Origin: Candidatus Saccharimonadota bacterium
GTDB taxonomy: Bacteria > Patescibacteriota > Saccharimonadia > Saccharimonadales > Saccharimonadaceae
Assembly: GCA_017545595.1 (NCBI GenBank)
Contig: JAFWLO010000011.1
Coordinates: 37,921-101,920 of the forward strand
Reading direction: 5' to 3'
DNA length: 64,000 nucleotides
Part shown: piece after piece, positions 28,943 through 39,442 of the stretch
How the letters are laid out: each line of letters starts with the position of its first letter
Position numbering within the stretch: position 1 is the first letter of the stretch
Program-made: the position numbers and the translations under genes
Notes under the pieces: generated by a model
What the model was told of the DNA's origin: nothing
Database searches by the model: none
Seen by the model: the letters and a program-made list of their open reading frames with translations, nothing else

Positions 28943-29778
28943 TGAGTATAAAAGCCTATCGCCCGACTACTCCGGCTCAGCGCCAAAAGACAACTCAGGA
29001 TTTTGATCAAATCACGACCAAAAAACCCCTGAAGTCCCTCACTCGCGCTAAAAAACAACAAGCCGGAAAGAACAACCAGGGAAGAATCACCGTTCGTCAT
29101 CGCGGCGGCGGCGTAAAACGCCACTACCGAATCTTGACCCACAATCTTCCTGCGGGCTTAAAATTAACCGTTCGAGAAATCGAATACGACCCAAACCGTT
29201 CCGCACGCATCGCTCGCGTCGAAGATCAAGACGGAAATTTCTACTACGTCCTCGCGGACACTTCCATGACGAAAGGTTCAACTTTCGAGACCGGCGAATC
29301 CGCCTCTGTCGAAGCGTCAAACCGTCTTCCTCTCTCTAAAATCCCTGTCGGTACCTTCGTTTACGCTATCGAGCTCACTCCAGGCCGTGGAGCCCAAATG
29401 GTCCGCGCTGCCGGAACATCCGCTCAGCTTATGGCCCGAGAAAACGGATACGCGACCCTTAAGATGCCTTCCGGAGAAGTCCGCAAAGTCCTAGAAACCT
29501 GCGAAGCTTCCATCGGAACCGTCGGCAATATCCAACACCAAAACATCAAGAAAGGTGCCGCTGGTCGCGTCCGCAGAAAAGGTATTCGTCCGACCGTTCG
29601 TGGTGTCGTTATGAACGCAACCGACCACCCTCACGGTGGTGGTGATGGCGGCCGTCACGGCTCCGGAAAAGCTCCAAGAACTCCTTGGGGTCAACTCACT
29701 CTTGGGTTTAGGACCCGTCATAACAAGAAAACTAATAAAATGATCGTGCGTAGTCGTCACGAAGGAAAGAGGAAATAA
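28942..29778 (+). CDS. rplB: 50S ribosomal protein uL2
   Basis: [38 protein letters not shown]. Confidence 0.98.
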   Translation: MSIKAYRPTTPAQRQKTTQDFDQITTKKPLKSLTRAKKQQAGKNNQGRITVRHRGGGVKRHYRILTHNLPAGLKLTVREIEYDPNRSARIARVEDQDGNFYYVLADTSMTKGSTFETGESASVEASNRLPLSKIPVGTFVYAIELTPGRGAQMVRAAGTSAQLMARENGYATLKMPSGEVRKVLETCEASIGTVGNIQHQNIKKGAAGRVRRKGIRPTVRGVVMNATDHPHGGGDGGRHGSGKAPRTPWGQLTLGFRTRHNKKTNKMIVRSRHEGKRK

Positions 29779-30071
29779 TGTCTCGTAGTTTGAAAAAAGG
29801 TCCTTTCGTGGACTACAAGCTAGAAAAGAAGATTAAGGCCCTCTCTCTCGAAGATCGAACCGTGATAAAAACCTGGGCTCGCTACTCAACCATCTCTCCA
29901 GAAATGGTTGGTCGCACAATTGCCGTCCATAACGGAAAAACCCATGTTCCCGTCCTCATCAGCGAAAACATGGTTGGTCACAAACTCGGAGAGTTCGCCC
30001 CAACCCGCAAATTCAGGCGCCATGGCGGAAAGAAAGCCGCCGAAGCTGCCGCGGCGAAAGGAGCTAAATAA
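29778..30071 (+). CDS. rpsS: 30S ribosomal protein uS19
   Basis: [24 protein letters not shown]. Confidence 0.98.
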   Translation: MSRSLKKGPFVDYKLEKKIKALSLEDRTVIKTWARYSTISPEMVGRTIAVHNGKTHVPVLISENMVGHKLGEFAPTRKFRRHGGKKAAEAAAAKGAK

Positions 30072-30454
30072 TGGCTACTGTCTTTGCGCATGCCTACATC
30101 AAAGGCACAGATTCTCAACCAAGAAAAACTAATATCGTCGCGAGCCTCGTTCGAGACCGCTACGTCTCCGACGCTGTCGTTATTCTCGAACACACGCCTC
30201 GTCGCGCCGCTCGTGCCGTCCTCAAGGCCGTCGAATCCGCGAATGCAAACCTCCTAAACTCCGGAGCTTCAATCGACCCGAAGTCAATTCGCATCTCTCG
30301 CATTTCCGTCACCTCTGGGACGAGAATTCGTCGCTATGTTCCCGCTTCTCGTGGCCGAGCTCTTCCGTTCGAAAAAATCTCCAGCAATATTTTCGTCGAA
30401 GTTGCTGGCGAAGAAAAAGCTAAGAAAACTTCCGACGAAAAGGAGAAAAAGTAA
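30071..30454 (+). CDS. rplV: 50S ribosomal protein uL22
   Basis: PRK..VASLVR, KAVESANAN, PASRGRA. Confidence 0.93.
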   Translation: MATVFAHAYIKGTDSQPRKTNIVASLVRDRYVSDAVVILEHTPRRAARAVLKAVESANANLLNSGASIDPKSIRISRISVTSGTRIRRYVPASRGRALPFEKISSNIFVEVAGEEKAKKTSDEKEKK

Positions 30455-31080
30455 TGGGACAGAAAGTTAATCCTATCTCTTATCGTCTCCAAGTCAGCAA
30501 AGATTGGTCTTCAAAGTGGTTCACTCGCAACACCAAATTCAAAAACTGGCTCATCGAAGACATTAAAATCCGCGAATGTATCGAGAATCGCTTTAAATCT
30601 CGCCCAACAATCGCGAAAATCAACATCGAACGTTCCGCGAACTTAACCACCATCACGATTTTAACCGCAAAAGCCGGCGCCGTTATTGGAAAGCAAGGTG
30701 CGGGAATCAACGAACTTAAAAAAGAGCTCGAAAAAATCGTCACTGGTCCAATTCGCATCAACGTCGAAGAAGTTAAAAAACCAGAACTAAATGCCAAACT
30801 TGTCGCCGAAAACATCGGTTTCCAACTCGGAAAACGTATGAACTTCCGCCGAGCCGTCAAGATGGCCTGCCAATCGACCATGACTGCAGGTGCTCAAGGT
30901 GTTCGTATTGAAGTTTCCGGACGTTTAAATGGCGCAGAAATGTCTCGTCGCGAAAAGTTCATCGAGGGCTCCGTTCCTCTTCATACTCTCCGCGCCGACA
31001 TCGATTTCTACTGCCACCACGCCCCGACCATCGCCGGCATCGTTGGAGTAAAAGTCTGGATTTATAAGGGGGAGAAATAA
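30454..31080 (+). CDS. rpsC: 30S ribosomal protein uS3
   Basis: MGQKVNP, GRLNGAEMSR, PLHTLRADID, GVKVWIY. Confidence 0.98.
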   Translation: MGQKVNPISYRLQVSKDWSSKWFTRNTKFKNWLIEDIKIRECIENRFKSRPTIAKINIERSANLTTITILTAKAGAVIGKQGAGINELKKELEKIVTGPIRINVEEVKKPELNAKLVAENIGFQLGKRMNFRRAVKMACQSTMTAGAQGVRIEVSGRLNGAEMSRREKFIEGSVPLHTLRADIDFYCHHAPTIAGIVGVKVWIYKGEK

Positions 31081-31081
31081 T

Positions 31082-31501
31082 ATGGCTATTCTACTTCCAA
31101 AGAAAACAGCACACCGCAAGGTCAGAAAAGGGAAGAACGCGGGTGTCGCAACCCGTTGCAACACCGTCGCTTTCGGAGAATACGGACTTATGTCTCTCCA
31201 AAACGAACGCGTCACCTCCCGCCAAATCGAAGCCGCTCGTCAAGCAATCACTCGCTACATCAAACGTGGCGGAAAAATCTGGATTCGTATCTTTCCTCAT
31301 ACCCCAGTTACGAAGAAACCTCTCGACGTAAAAATGGGTAGCGGAAAAGGCGAACCTCAATTCTTCGTCGCGAAGGTCAAAGCCGGAACAGTCATGTTCG
31401 AAATTGCCGACGTAACCGAAGAACAAGCAAAAGAAGCTCTTCGTCTTGCTGGCCACAAATTACCGGTTCGTACAAAAATAATCAAAAAAGAGGAGTTCTA
31501 A
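31082..31501 (+). CDS. rplP: 50S ribosomal protein uL16
   Basis: RQIEAARQAITR, KMGSGKG. Confidence 0.98.
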   Translation: MAILLPKKTAHRKVRKGKNAGVATRCNTVAFGEYGLMSLQNERVTSRQIEAARQAITRYIKRGGKIWIRIFPHTPVTKKPLDVKMGSGKGEPQFFVAKVKAGTVMFEIADVTEEQAKEALRLAGHKLPVRTKIIKKEEF

Positions 31502-31503
31502 TT

Positions 31504-31827
31504 ATGGCACACACATTAGTCGGGATTGTTTCCTCCGATAAACGTGACAAGACCATTACCGTCTCCATCACGAATCGCGAAACCCACCCCCTTTACCGAA
31601 AGCAATACACTAAAACCCGAAAATATACTGCCCACGACGAGAAAAACGAAGCCCACGTCGGCGACAAGGTCGAAATCGCCGCATGCCGACCTCTCTCAAA
31701 AACCAAAGCATACACGCTCGTAAAGGTTCTCGAGAAGTCTCATGGCTCCGTCGAACTAAAAGAAGAAGCGAACGACGCATTCCAAGGAACTGTCGAAACT
31801 TCTTCCGAACAAGGAGAGAAAGAATAA
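31504..31827 (+). CDS. rpsQ: 30S ribosomal protein uS17
   Basis: GIVSSDKRDKTITV, HPLYRK, RPLSKTK. Confidence 0.97.
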   Translation: MAHTLVGIVSSDKRDKTITVSITNRETHPLYRKQYTKTRKYTAHDEKNEAHVGDKVEIAACRPLSKTKAYTLVKVLEKSHGSVELKEEANDAFQGTVETSSEQGEKE

Positions 31828-32196
31828 ATGATCCAACAAGAAACAAGATTAAAGGTTGCTGACAACAGCGGAGCGAAAGAACTCGGAGTTATTCGCGTTC
31901 TTGGCGGAACTCGCGCTCGTTATGCTCGCGTCGGCGACATCGTAACCTGTTCGGTCAAAGAAGCCTCCCCAACAGGCGGAGTCAAGAAAAAAGCTGTTGT
32001 CCGAGCAGTTATCGTCCGTACCCGCGAACAAATTCGCCGTCCAGACGGTTCAACTATCCGTTTTGACGACAACGCCGCCGTTCTCGTTAATGACGACAAA
32101 ACCCCGAAAGGAACTCGCGTTTTCGGGCCAGTTCCTCGCGAACTCCGCGATCTCGGATTCACCAAAATTATTAGCTTAGCGCCGGAGGTACTATAA
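31828..32196 (+). CDS. rplN: 50S ribosomal protein uL14
   Basis: [24 protein letters not shown]. Confidence 0.98.
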   Translation: MIQQETRLKVADNSGAKELGVIRVLGGTRARYARVGDIVTCSVKEASPTGGVKKKAVVRAVIVRTREQIRRPDGSTIRFDDNAAVLVNDDKTPKGTRVFGPVPRELRDLGFTKIISLAPEVL

Positions 32197-32429
32197 TGAA
32201 AAGTTCCATAAAAACCGGCGACACCGTAAAAATCATTGCGGGAGCTAACAAAGGAAAATCCGGAAAAGTCCTCAAAGTTGACCGCGAGAAAAATCTCGCC
32301 ATGATTGAAGGAATTGGCGTCCGAGAACGCCATATCCGCGCAAGTTATCTAAACCCCAAGGGCGGAAAGAAAGAAATCCACGTCGGAATCAACATTTCCA
32401 ACCTTAAAAAAGAGGAGGGTAAAAAATAA
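32196..32429 (+). CDS. rplX: 50S ribosomal protein uL24 (short)
   Basis: IKTGDTVKIIAGANKGKSGKV KOW motif. Confidence 0.93.
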   Translation: MKSSIKTGDTVKIIAGANKGKSGKVLKVDREKNLAMIEGIGVRERHIRASYLNPKGGKKEIHVGINISNLKKEEGKK

Positions 32430-32998
32430 TGGCAGACAAATACGTTCCTCGTCTCAAAACTCTTTACAATGACGAGATTAAAGAATCCCTCAAAAAAGAA
32501 CTTAACTTAAAAAACATCAATCAAGTTCCTGTTCTTGAAAAAGTTGTTGTTTCTTCCGGCGTCGGAAAGAAACGCGAAGACAAACGTTTCACGGAAACCG
32601 TTGAACTTACCCTTGAGAAAATCACCGGGCAAGCCTCAACTTCGCGCCTCGCTAAAAAATCCATCGCGACCTTCAAAATCCGCAAAGGTATGGGCGCTCC
32701 AGTTGGATATCTGACCACTCTTCGAAACGACAAAATGTACGAATTCATCGATCGCCTCATCAACGTCGCGCTTCCGCACGTACGCGATTTCCACGGCGTT
32801 TCTCGAAATTCGTTCGATGCTCAAGGGAATTATTCTCTTGGCCTCCGAGAGCAAACAGTTTTCCCCGAGATTACTTTCGAAGATTCTGCTGTCCTCCACG
32901 GCCTTGAAGTTACGTTCATTATTAAAAACGGTTCTAAAGAAGGAAGTACTAAATTGCTAGAAAAATTCGGCATGCCGTTTGAGAAGGAGAATAAATAA
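32429..32998 (+). CDS. rplE: 50S ribosomal protein uL5
   Basis: [37 protein letters not shown]. Confidence 0.97.
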   Translation: MADKYVPRLKTLYNDEIKESLKKELNLKNINQVPVLEKVVVSSGVGKKREDKRFTETVELTLEKITGQASTSRLAKKSIATFKIRKGMGAPVGYLTTLRNDKMYEFIDRLINVALPHVRDFHGVSRNSFDAQGNYSLGLREQTVFPEITFEDSAVLHGLEVTFIIKNGSKEGSTKLLEKFGMPFEKENK

Positions 32999-32999
32999 C

Positions 33000-33269
33000 A
33001 TGGCTAAAAAATCCGCTGTTCTCCGCGATCAAAAACGCGCAAAAATGTATGCAAAATATAAAGCAAAACACGATGAGCTTAAAGCCGCTGGCGATCTCGA
33101 AGGTCTCCAAAAGCTTCCCCGAAACGCGTCTATAACTCGCCTCAAAAACCGCGATATGCTCGACGGTCGCCCTCGAGGCTATATGCGCAGATTCGGCCTC
33201 AGCCGTATTAACTTCCGAGAAAAAGCCTCCAAGGGAGAAATCCCAGGCGTAACAAAGAGTAGCTGGTAG
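33000..33269 (+). CDS. rpsN: 30S ribosomal protein uS14, long Cys-free form (start moved to 33000)
   Basis: [31 protein letters not shown]. Confidence 0.96.
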   Translation: MAKKSAVLRDQKRAKMYAKYKAKHDELKAAGDLEGLQKLPRNASITRLKNRDMLDGRPRGYMRRFGLSRINFREKASKGEIPGVTKSSW

Positions 33270-33283
33270 GAGAAAGGAAAGAT

Positions 33284-33685
33284 ATGTCACTACAATCAAC
33301 AGATCAAATTGCCGACCTCTTGACTCGCATCCGTAACGCCATCATGGTTGGAAAGAGCGAAATCTATCTCCCAACTTCAAAGCTCAAGGTCGCTATCACT
33401 GAAGCCTTAAAGAAGACAAACTTCATTTCAGGCTATGACCTTATCGAAGGCTCCCCTCGAAGCACTCTTCACGTCATCATCAACGAAAAAGAAAAAGCTC
33501 CGAGAATCAACGAAATAGAGAAGGTTTCCAAACCAGGTCGACGAGTTTATGTCTCAGTCGACGACATCCCTAAAGTAAAGTCCGGCCGAGGAATTGTCCT
33601 CATTTCGACTTCAAAGGGAATTATGACTGGTCAAGAAGCTACAAAAGCTCGTCTCGGCGGAGAAATTCTAGTCAAAGTCTGGTAA
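33284..33685 (+). CDS. rpsH: 30S ribosomal protein uS8
   Basis: DQIADLLTRIRNA, SKPGRRVY, STSKGIMT. Confidence 0.98.
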   Translation: MSLQSTDQIADLLTRIRNAIMVGKSEIYLPTSKLKVAITEALKKTNFISGYDLIEGSPRSTLHVIINEKEKAPRINEIEKVSKPGRRVYVSVDDIPKVKSGRGIVLISTSKGIMTGQEATKARLGGEILVKVW

Positions 33686-33687
33686 CG

Positions 33688-33716
33688 AAAATATCCCCCT
33701 CGGGGGATATTTTTTT
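33688..33716. terminator. Terminator ending the ribosomal protein operon after rpsH
   Basis: AAAATATCCCC/GGGGATATTTT followed by T. Confidence 0.9.
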
Positions 33717-33731
33717 GTTTTCCATTCGTCT

Positions 33732-35312
33732 CTAATATCTTATTCTTTCCCTATAAAGATCGTTCTCTTTAAAATAATACAGCCATTTCCCATTCCCGGA
33801 AATAACAATATCAAATTTATTACTCGCCCCTTCCTCCACCAGCTCTCTTTCATTCATCCAATCATAATCAAATATCGTAACTTTTCCAGTTTTATCTATC
33901 TCATACCTCAAAAACTCGTCAATCCAGCCAGTTTCGCTTCCTTCCTCTATATCTTTTTCTCTCTTTGTCACTTCTAAGTTTTCAATATCAAATACGGCAC
34001 CCTCTCCGTTTTTTCCGACTAGCCCAAACACCATTCCTTTCCCCTTTTTCTCAACTTTCTGGACCTCAAACCCAACTTTCCCCTCATAAACAATTTCCAT
34101 CCCCACTTCTTCATCCCCCCATTCTTCACTACTCAAAACCTTAACATCCTCCCCATCGGCAACTAATACGAATGATTCTTGAAAATACTCCATTGTGGAG
34201 ATTATAGTATTTTGGTTTGCGGGAATTTTAAACAAACTAGACAGCTCCGAAATATCTGAAACTTCCAGCCCTTCGACGTCATCTATTTCCCCGGTCTTAT
34301 CTTCTCTACTCTCTTCATCATTCTCACCCTCCACAACACTTCCATTCTCTATCTTTTCTTCGCTATTTGTTTTCCTTGCCCTAAGAGAATAGCTCTCTTC
34401 ATCTCCAATTCTATAAGTTTTTATCTCATAACTTTCTGTATTTTTATCCTTCTCCAAGAAAACCAGTTTCTCTCCATCATTATCAAATCTCACAACCCCC
34501 TCAGCCACAATTTCCCCAAGCTTTTTATTTTTTATGTCAATCTCTCTAACTTCTCCGGTCTTAAACAATGCGACAAGCTCTCCTCCTCCATCGCTCTGAA
34601 ACTCAATATCACCCACTTCTTCCTTCGTCACTTCCTCTAGATAAAACGACTCCGCTGGATTTTTGATATTTATAACTCCGTACTTTCCGTTTATCTTCGC
34701 AAGCATCCTCTCGCTATTTCCGCTCCACTTCACTTCACTCAAACTTTCAATCTTCCCGAATTTCTCAACCTTAATCGACTCAACAGCCTGTTTAGCGTTA
34801 TTTAAGTGGAACAAAAACAGCCCTCCGTCCTGAAGAACTATCATTTTTTCCATATTCGGAGAAGTTGTCATGAACGTAGCTTTCGGAAAACTTGCAACTT
34901 TTTCTTCTTCAAGCTCATTCAAAAACAGCCTCGGATAATTCACTCGATGCATCATTCCTTCTTTGATGGAAACCGTTTTTTCCCATTGTCCGTATCCGTC
35001 TTTAGAAAGTATAATTTCATGATCTCCACTCGAAAGTGTTTTGCTTCCATTTGTTCTAAGAAGAAGTTGTTGTTCGCCATCAATAGAAACAGTCGCTCCG
35101 ACAGGTTTCGAAGAAATCTGCACTAACCCTGTCCTCTCAATAAACTCTCCGTCAGTTTTTCCAAACTGTTTCAAGTTAAAACTATACCCTGTTACGATAA
35201 GAGTCAAAAATATCACTAAAAAAATCACAGAAATAAACATAAATATTTCCGTGAGTATAACTTTTATTTTTCTAAGTTGTTGGATTTTTTCTCGTTCGTC
35301 CATAAAACACAA
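33732..35312 (-). CDS. Membrane-anchored PEGA-domain protein with a probable beta-propeller-like region
   Basis: N-terminal TM; GLVQISSKPVGATVSIDG..GDHEIILSKDGYGQW PEGA pattern; start may be ATG 35303. Confidence 0.7.
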   Translation of the reverse strand: MCFMDEREKIQQLRKIKVILTEIFMFISVIFLVIFLTLIVTGYSFNLKQFGKTDGEFIERTGLVQISSKPVGATVSIDGEQQLLLRTNGSKTLSSGDHEIILSKDGYGQWEKTVSIKEGMMHRVNYPRLFLNELEEEKVASFPKATFMTTSPNMEKMIVLQDGGLFLFHLNNAKQAVESIKVEKFGKIESLSEVKWSGNSERMLAKINGKYGVINIKNPAESFYLEEVTKEEVGDIEFQSDGGGELVALFKTGEVREIDIKNKKLGEIVAEGVVRFDNDGEKLVFLEKDKNTESYEIKTYRIGDEESYSLRARKTNSEEKIENGSVVEGENDEESREDKTGEIDDVEGLEVSDISELSSLFKIPANQNTIISTMEYFQESFVLVADGEDVKVLSSEEWGDEEVGMEIVYEGKVGFEVQKVEKKGKGMVFGLVGKNGEGAVFDIENLEVTKREKDIEEGSETGWIDEFLRYEIDKTGKVTIFDYDWMNERELVEEGASNKFDIVISGNGKWLYYFKENDLYRERIRY

Positions 35313-35413
35313 TAATTATAACATATTCCATCTCAGAAAAATAGCTCTTGCTTTTCGAAAGTGCTTAATGTTATTATAAATATAGAATTTATAAAAGCGA
35401 GGTAAAAACTAAC

Positions 35414-36343
35414 ATGGATAACAATCCAGATTCCGAGAAAGTTAATCTTTCCAGTTCTGCGTCCCATCTACGAACCCAAAAATCTACGACCCTTAACCGA
35501 AAATACGTCAAACGTCCCGAAAGTGGAGAAAAAGTCGCGATAGATTCTCTCGCAAAACGTCGCGCTGACGATTTGAGGCGCCGCCAAGCCCTCGCCGAAA
35601 AAATCAACCGCGAACGTCTCTCTGCGCTAAGGTCCGGAAAATCCCTTTCTTCCGCGAAAGTTCCTGTCGCCGTCGAAAAAGCCGCTTCTGTCCCTGCCCC
35701 ATCTCCCGAACCTCCAAAGCCCCTCTCCGCGACAATCGAAAAAAACCTCGTCGCCCCCGCTCCGAAGTCAGAGTCCGCGAAACCCGTCGCTGATTCCGCT
35801 ATTCAAAGCGCCATGAAATCTGTTTCCTCTCTTGAGTCTTCTTCTAAGACCGTCGTTTCCGACTCTATTTCTACCCGTGGGAAACTCGGCGCAAAACGCA
35901 TCGCTCTCGCCCTCGCGTGTTCCGTCGTTGCCGTCGGTCTTATCGGTTATTTCGTCTCCACGAACACCCCCGATCTTTCCGTTCGCGTCGCTGCTATGCA
36001 GTCCGGAATCGAAGCCTCCTATCCTTCCTACGTTCCCCGAGGTTACTCCCTCTCCGACATCGTCTCTAAAGAAGGTGAACTCGAGATGACCTTCACAAAT
36101 TCCGAAGGAGCCTCCTTTATCCTCTCCGAAGAAAAGTCCGCCTGGGACAACAACACCCTCGAATCGAACTACGTCAAGCAAACTTGGAACAACAACTACA
36201 CCTCCATTCGCGAACAGGGAATCACTATCTTTATTTCCGGTTCCGACGCAAGCTGGGTGAACGGTGGCATCCTTTACAAATTAAATTCCTCCGGAAACGC
36301 CTTAACCAAAAAACAGATTAAGTCTATCGTCACTTCTCTCTAA
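35414..36343 (+). CDS. Single-pass membrane protein with a DUF4367-like C-terminal domain
   Basis: TM near aa 163-181; YPSYVPRGY and ..WVNGGILY pattern. Confidence 0.65.
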   Translation: MDNNPDSEKVNLSSSASHLRTQKSTTLNRKYVKRPESGEKVAIDSLAKRRADDLRRRQALAEKINRERLSALRSGKSLSSAKVPVAVEKAASVPAPSPEPPKPLSATIEKNLVAPAPKSESAKPVADSAIQSAMKSVSSLESSSKTVVSDSISTRGKLGAKRIALALACSVVAVGLIGYFVSTNTPDLSVRVAAMQSGIEASYPSYVPRGYSLSDIVSKEGELEMTFTNSEGASFILSEEKSAWDNNTLESNYVKQTWNNNYTSIREQGITIFISGSDASWVNGGILYKLNSSGNALTKKQIKSIVTSL

Positions 36344-36366
36344 AATCCACCCTGCTTACAAAAAGT

Positions 36367-36407
36367 TAAACTCGGCATTTGACTAACGCCGAGTTTTAAC
36401 GCATAAT
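36367..36407 (+). promoter_or_regulatory. Terminator hairpin overlapping the gltX promoter
   Basis: AAACTCGGC/GCCGAGTTT stem with TTGACT in the loop; -10 CATAAT 17 nt later and 6 nt before the ATG. Confidence 0.6.
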
Positions 36408-36413
36408 AGTATT

Positions 36414-37901
36414 ATGAAAAAAATCGTCACTCGTTTCGCGCCGTCCCCAACCGGCTACATTCACATCGGCAACGTCCGCAGCGCAATCTATCCATATCTA
36501 GCTGCAAAACAATCCGGCGGAAAATTCATTCTCCGCATAGAAGACACAGACCAATCCCGCTATGTCGAAGGTGCGACCGAGCTTATTCTCGAAACTCTGC
36601 GTTGGCTCGGCCTTGAATGGGATGAGGGACCAGAAAAAGACGGCCCAGCCGCTCCATATTTTCAAAGCAAGCGAAAATCCATTTATCAAGATTGGGCTAA
36701 ACGTCTCATCCTTAAAGGCCGTGCTTATGCCGACCCGACCGACCCTGAAACCATCCAAAAATACCGCGACTTAGACAATACTAAAAAAGTCCCCTATCTC
36801 TACCGAAATCACCGTCCAAAAGAGGCCGACTTAAGCCCCTCGGAAATTATCTCTCTCTGGAAAGAGGGCGTCCCGATTCGCTTCAAGTCCGACCCTAAAC
36901 CTCGAAAATGGCACGACGAAGTTATGGGTGACCTTCATGCCGGCCCCGAAGTTCAAGACGACATCATTCTTATTAAAAAGGATGGTCTTCCGACCTACAA
37001 TTTTGCCCACATCGTCGATGACACCCTCATGGGAGTAAATTTAGTTGCTCGAGGCGTTGAATACCTCTCTAGCACTCCAAATTATCTTGCTCTCTACGAA
37101 GCGCTAGACCTCAATCCGCCCCTGTTTGTCTCTCTTCCTCACATTCTCGCCCCTCAAGGCAACAAAAAACTCTCAAAACGCGACGGTGCTAAGTCTGTCA
37201 CGGAATATCGCGACGATGGCATCCTTCCCGAAGCCATGCTAAACTACCTCGCTTGTCTCGGTTGGAATGACGGGACCGAACAAGAACTCTACACAAAATC
37301 CGAACTCATAGAAAAATTCTCCGTCTCTCGAATCCAAAATTCCGGAGCACGCTTCGACGAAACAAAACTCCTCTGGATGAACGGTCAATGGATTCGTCGT
37401 CTCGTCTCAGAACAGGGAATCGACAAATTTTTCGAGCGAACTCTCGACTACTGGCTGGAATCCTCGAAATCTTATGAAGAAAGTTATAAAAAGAAAGTTC
37501 TCTCCATCATCTATGACCGTCTAAAAACCCTCTCCGATCTTCAAGAAATGACGACTTATTTCTTCACCGACCCAAAGTTCGATATAGAAATGCTCACGAA
37601 AAATAAATTCCTCAAAAAATTCTCCGAACTTGAACTAAAATCCCTTCTCGAAACCTCAATTTCTGCCCTAGAAGCCATCGACGAAAAGAATTGGACCGAA
37701 GAGAACTTAAACAAAACCCTAAACTCCCTTCTTGAAAAAACCGAGAAAAAACCCGCTGAGCTTTTCTCCCTCATTCGCATTTCCGTCTCCTTCGCGCCAT
37801 TCTCACCCGCTCTCGATCTCACTCTCTCTGTTCTTGGTCGAAATGTCACCCTTTCTCGCCTCCAATCCGTTCAATCTGCTCTCCTCCTCGACAACCAATA
37901 G
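36414..37901 (+). CDS. gltX: Glutamate--tRNA ligase
   Basis: TRFAPSPTGYIHIGN, LRIEDTD, PTYNFAHIVDD, KLSKR. Confidence 0.97.
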   Translation: MKKIVTRFAPSPTGYIHIGNVRSAIYPYLAAKQSGGKFILRIEDTDQSRYVEGATELILETLRWLGLEWDEGPEKDGPAAPYFQSKRKSIYQDWAKRLILKGRAYADPTDPETIQKYRDLDNTKKVPYLYRNHRPKEADLSPSEIISLWKEGVPIRFKSDPKPRKWHDEVMGDLHAGPEVQDDIILIKKDGLPTYNFAHIVDDTLMGVNLVARGVEYLSSTPNYLALYEALDLNPPLFVSLPHILAPQGNKKLSKRDGAKSVTEYRDDGILPEAMLNYLACLGWNDGTEQELYTKSELIEKFSVSRIQNSGARFDETKLLWMNGQWIRRLVSEQGIDKFFERTLDYWLESSKSYEESYKKKVLSIIYDRLKTLSDLQEMTTYFFTDPKFDIEMLTKNKFLKKFSELELKSLLETSISALEAIDEKNWTEENLNKTLNSLLEKTEKKPAELFSLIRISVSFAPFSPALDLTLSVLGRNVTLSRLQSVQSALLLDNQ

Positions 37902-37957
37902 CATCCTAGCTCTTAGTTTTTCTTGACTACCGCTCCTTTTTGCGCGATAATAAGCTT

Positions 37958-39340
37958 ATGCAGAATGAAGAACAAGCTAAGTCTCCCCTTTCTAGTGATG
38001 TTCCTGCTTCTTCCGACGTAGCCGACCCAGCCGAACTTGCCGAAAAAATCGCAAAAGCTCGCGCAAAATCTCTCGACGCTCCCAAACCAGAATCGGAAAC
38101 TCCTCTTCCTTCCGAGAAAAAGTCTAAAAAACCTCTTTTTATCACGATTTTTATCATTCTTTTTCTAGTTCTTGCCGGTGGAGGTGGAGCCGCATACTAT
38201 TTTCTCGTTTATACTCCAGAAAATTCACCCGTCCCATCGTCTCAAACTTCCCAAGAATCCCCCTCCTCTCCTGAGACCCCTGAACAAGAAAAAATCGAAC
38301 CCGAAGAGCTCCCCTCAGAAAAGTTCTATTCTCGTCTTTCCGGCGAGCCCATCTCTTCCGAAGCCGAAAGTTCCGCCCCGACTTATTGCGTCCAAATTCC
38401 GAACGGTCTCGACGGCGCTCGTCCTCAAGCTGGCTTAAACAGCGCGAAGGTCGTCTTCGAAGCCATCGCCGAACGCGGAATCACCCGTTTTGCTGCTATT
38501 TTCCAAAATCCCCCTGCCGTCGTCGGCCCGATTCGCTCTCTGAGGATATATTATTTCAACTGGGACCGCCCCTTCGACTGCACAATCGTTCATGCTGGTG
38601 GCGCTAATGACGCAATCTCCGCCCTCCGTTCTTCTGGCGCAAAAGAACTTGACGAAAGCACGACTTATATGTGGCGCACAAGCGCAAATGCCAACCTAAA
38701 CCGTCTCTGGAACAACCTCTTCACTTCTGGCGACCTCATGAAATCTTATAACGAATCCAAGGGTTATTTATCCTCCAATATTAATTCCTTCCCGAGAATG
38801 ACCCCCGAATCTGCCCTTAAAAACAAGATAAACTCCCAAGCCGTAAATCCTTTAAAAATCGACGAGCCCGCCCCTGGCGACACGAACGAGCTCAAACCTT
38901 CCGTAACCCACATCAATTTCCGTTTCGGTGACATTCCGAGCTATAATCCTGTTTACGATTATGACAGAGAAAGTAATACATACAGAAGAAGTTACGAAAC
39001 CGGAGCCGCTCACGAATCTTATGATTGCGAAGGTCAATCCGGAACAATCACCCCAGAACTCGTCTGTCCTTTGAAACAAATCTCCCCCTCCGCCATCATC
39101 GCCATGATAGTTCAAGAAAAAGTCGCTGCCTACGACAACTACCACGAAGATGTTTCCTCTCTTGGTGCTGGAGATGCATACATTTTCCAGAACGGAAGTC
39201 TCGTGAAAGGAACCTGGGAAAAATCCTCCGCCGACGAACAAATCATTTTCCGTAACGAAGCCGGAGAAACCGTCTCTCTCATCCCCGGTCAAACCTGGAT
39301 TTCTGCCGTCCCAGCCTACGGAGTTATAAACTACGAATAA
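37958..39340 (+). CDS. DUF3048-like membrane-anchored protein (start moved to ATG 37958)
   Basis: ARPQAGLNSAKVVFE.IAERGITRFAA, GPIRSLR, PGQTWI; promoter TTGACT-N17-GATAAT 6 nt before the ATG. Confidence 0.8.
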   Translation: MQNEEQAKSPLSSDVPASSDVADPAELAEKIAKARAKSLDAPKPESETPLPSEKKSKKPLFITIFIILFLVLAGGGGAAYYFLVYTPENSPVPSSQTSQESPSSPETPEQEKIEPEELPSEKFYSRLSGEPISSEAESSAPTYCVQIPNGLDGARPQAGLNSAKVVFEAIAERGITRFAAIFQNPPAVVGPIRSLRIYYFNWDRPFDCTIVHAGGANDAISALRSSGAKELDESTTYMWRTSANANLNRLWNNLFTSGDLMKSYNESKGYLSSNINSFPRMTPESALKNKINSQAVNPLKIDEPAPGDTNELKPSVTHINFRFGDIPSYNPVYDYDRESNTYRRSYETGAAHESYDCEGQSGTITPELVCPLKQISPSAIIAMIVQEKVAAYDNYHEDVSSLGAGDAYIFQNGSLVKGTWEKSSADEQIIFRNEAGETVSLIPGQTWISAVPAYGVINYE

Positions 39341-39442
39341 ATCCACCCTTAAATCCATAAAAACGTTTATAAAAATACAGGCAAAACTCGTCCTTTACGA
39401 TCGTCTTGTAAAACCCCGAAAATCATGCTAAAATATCGTTAT

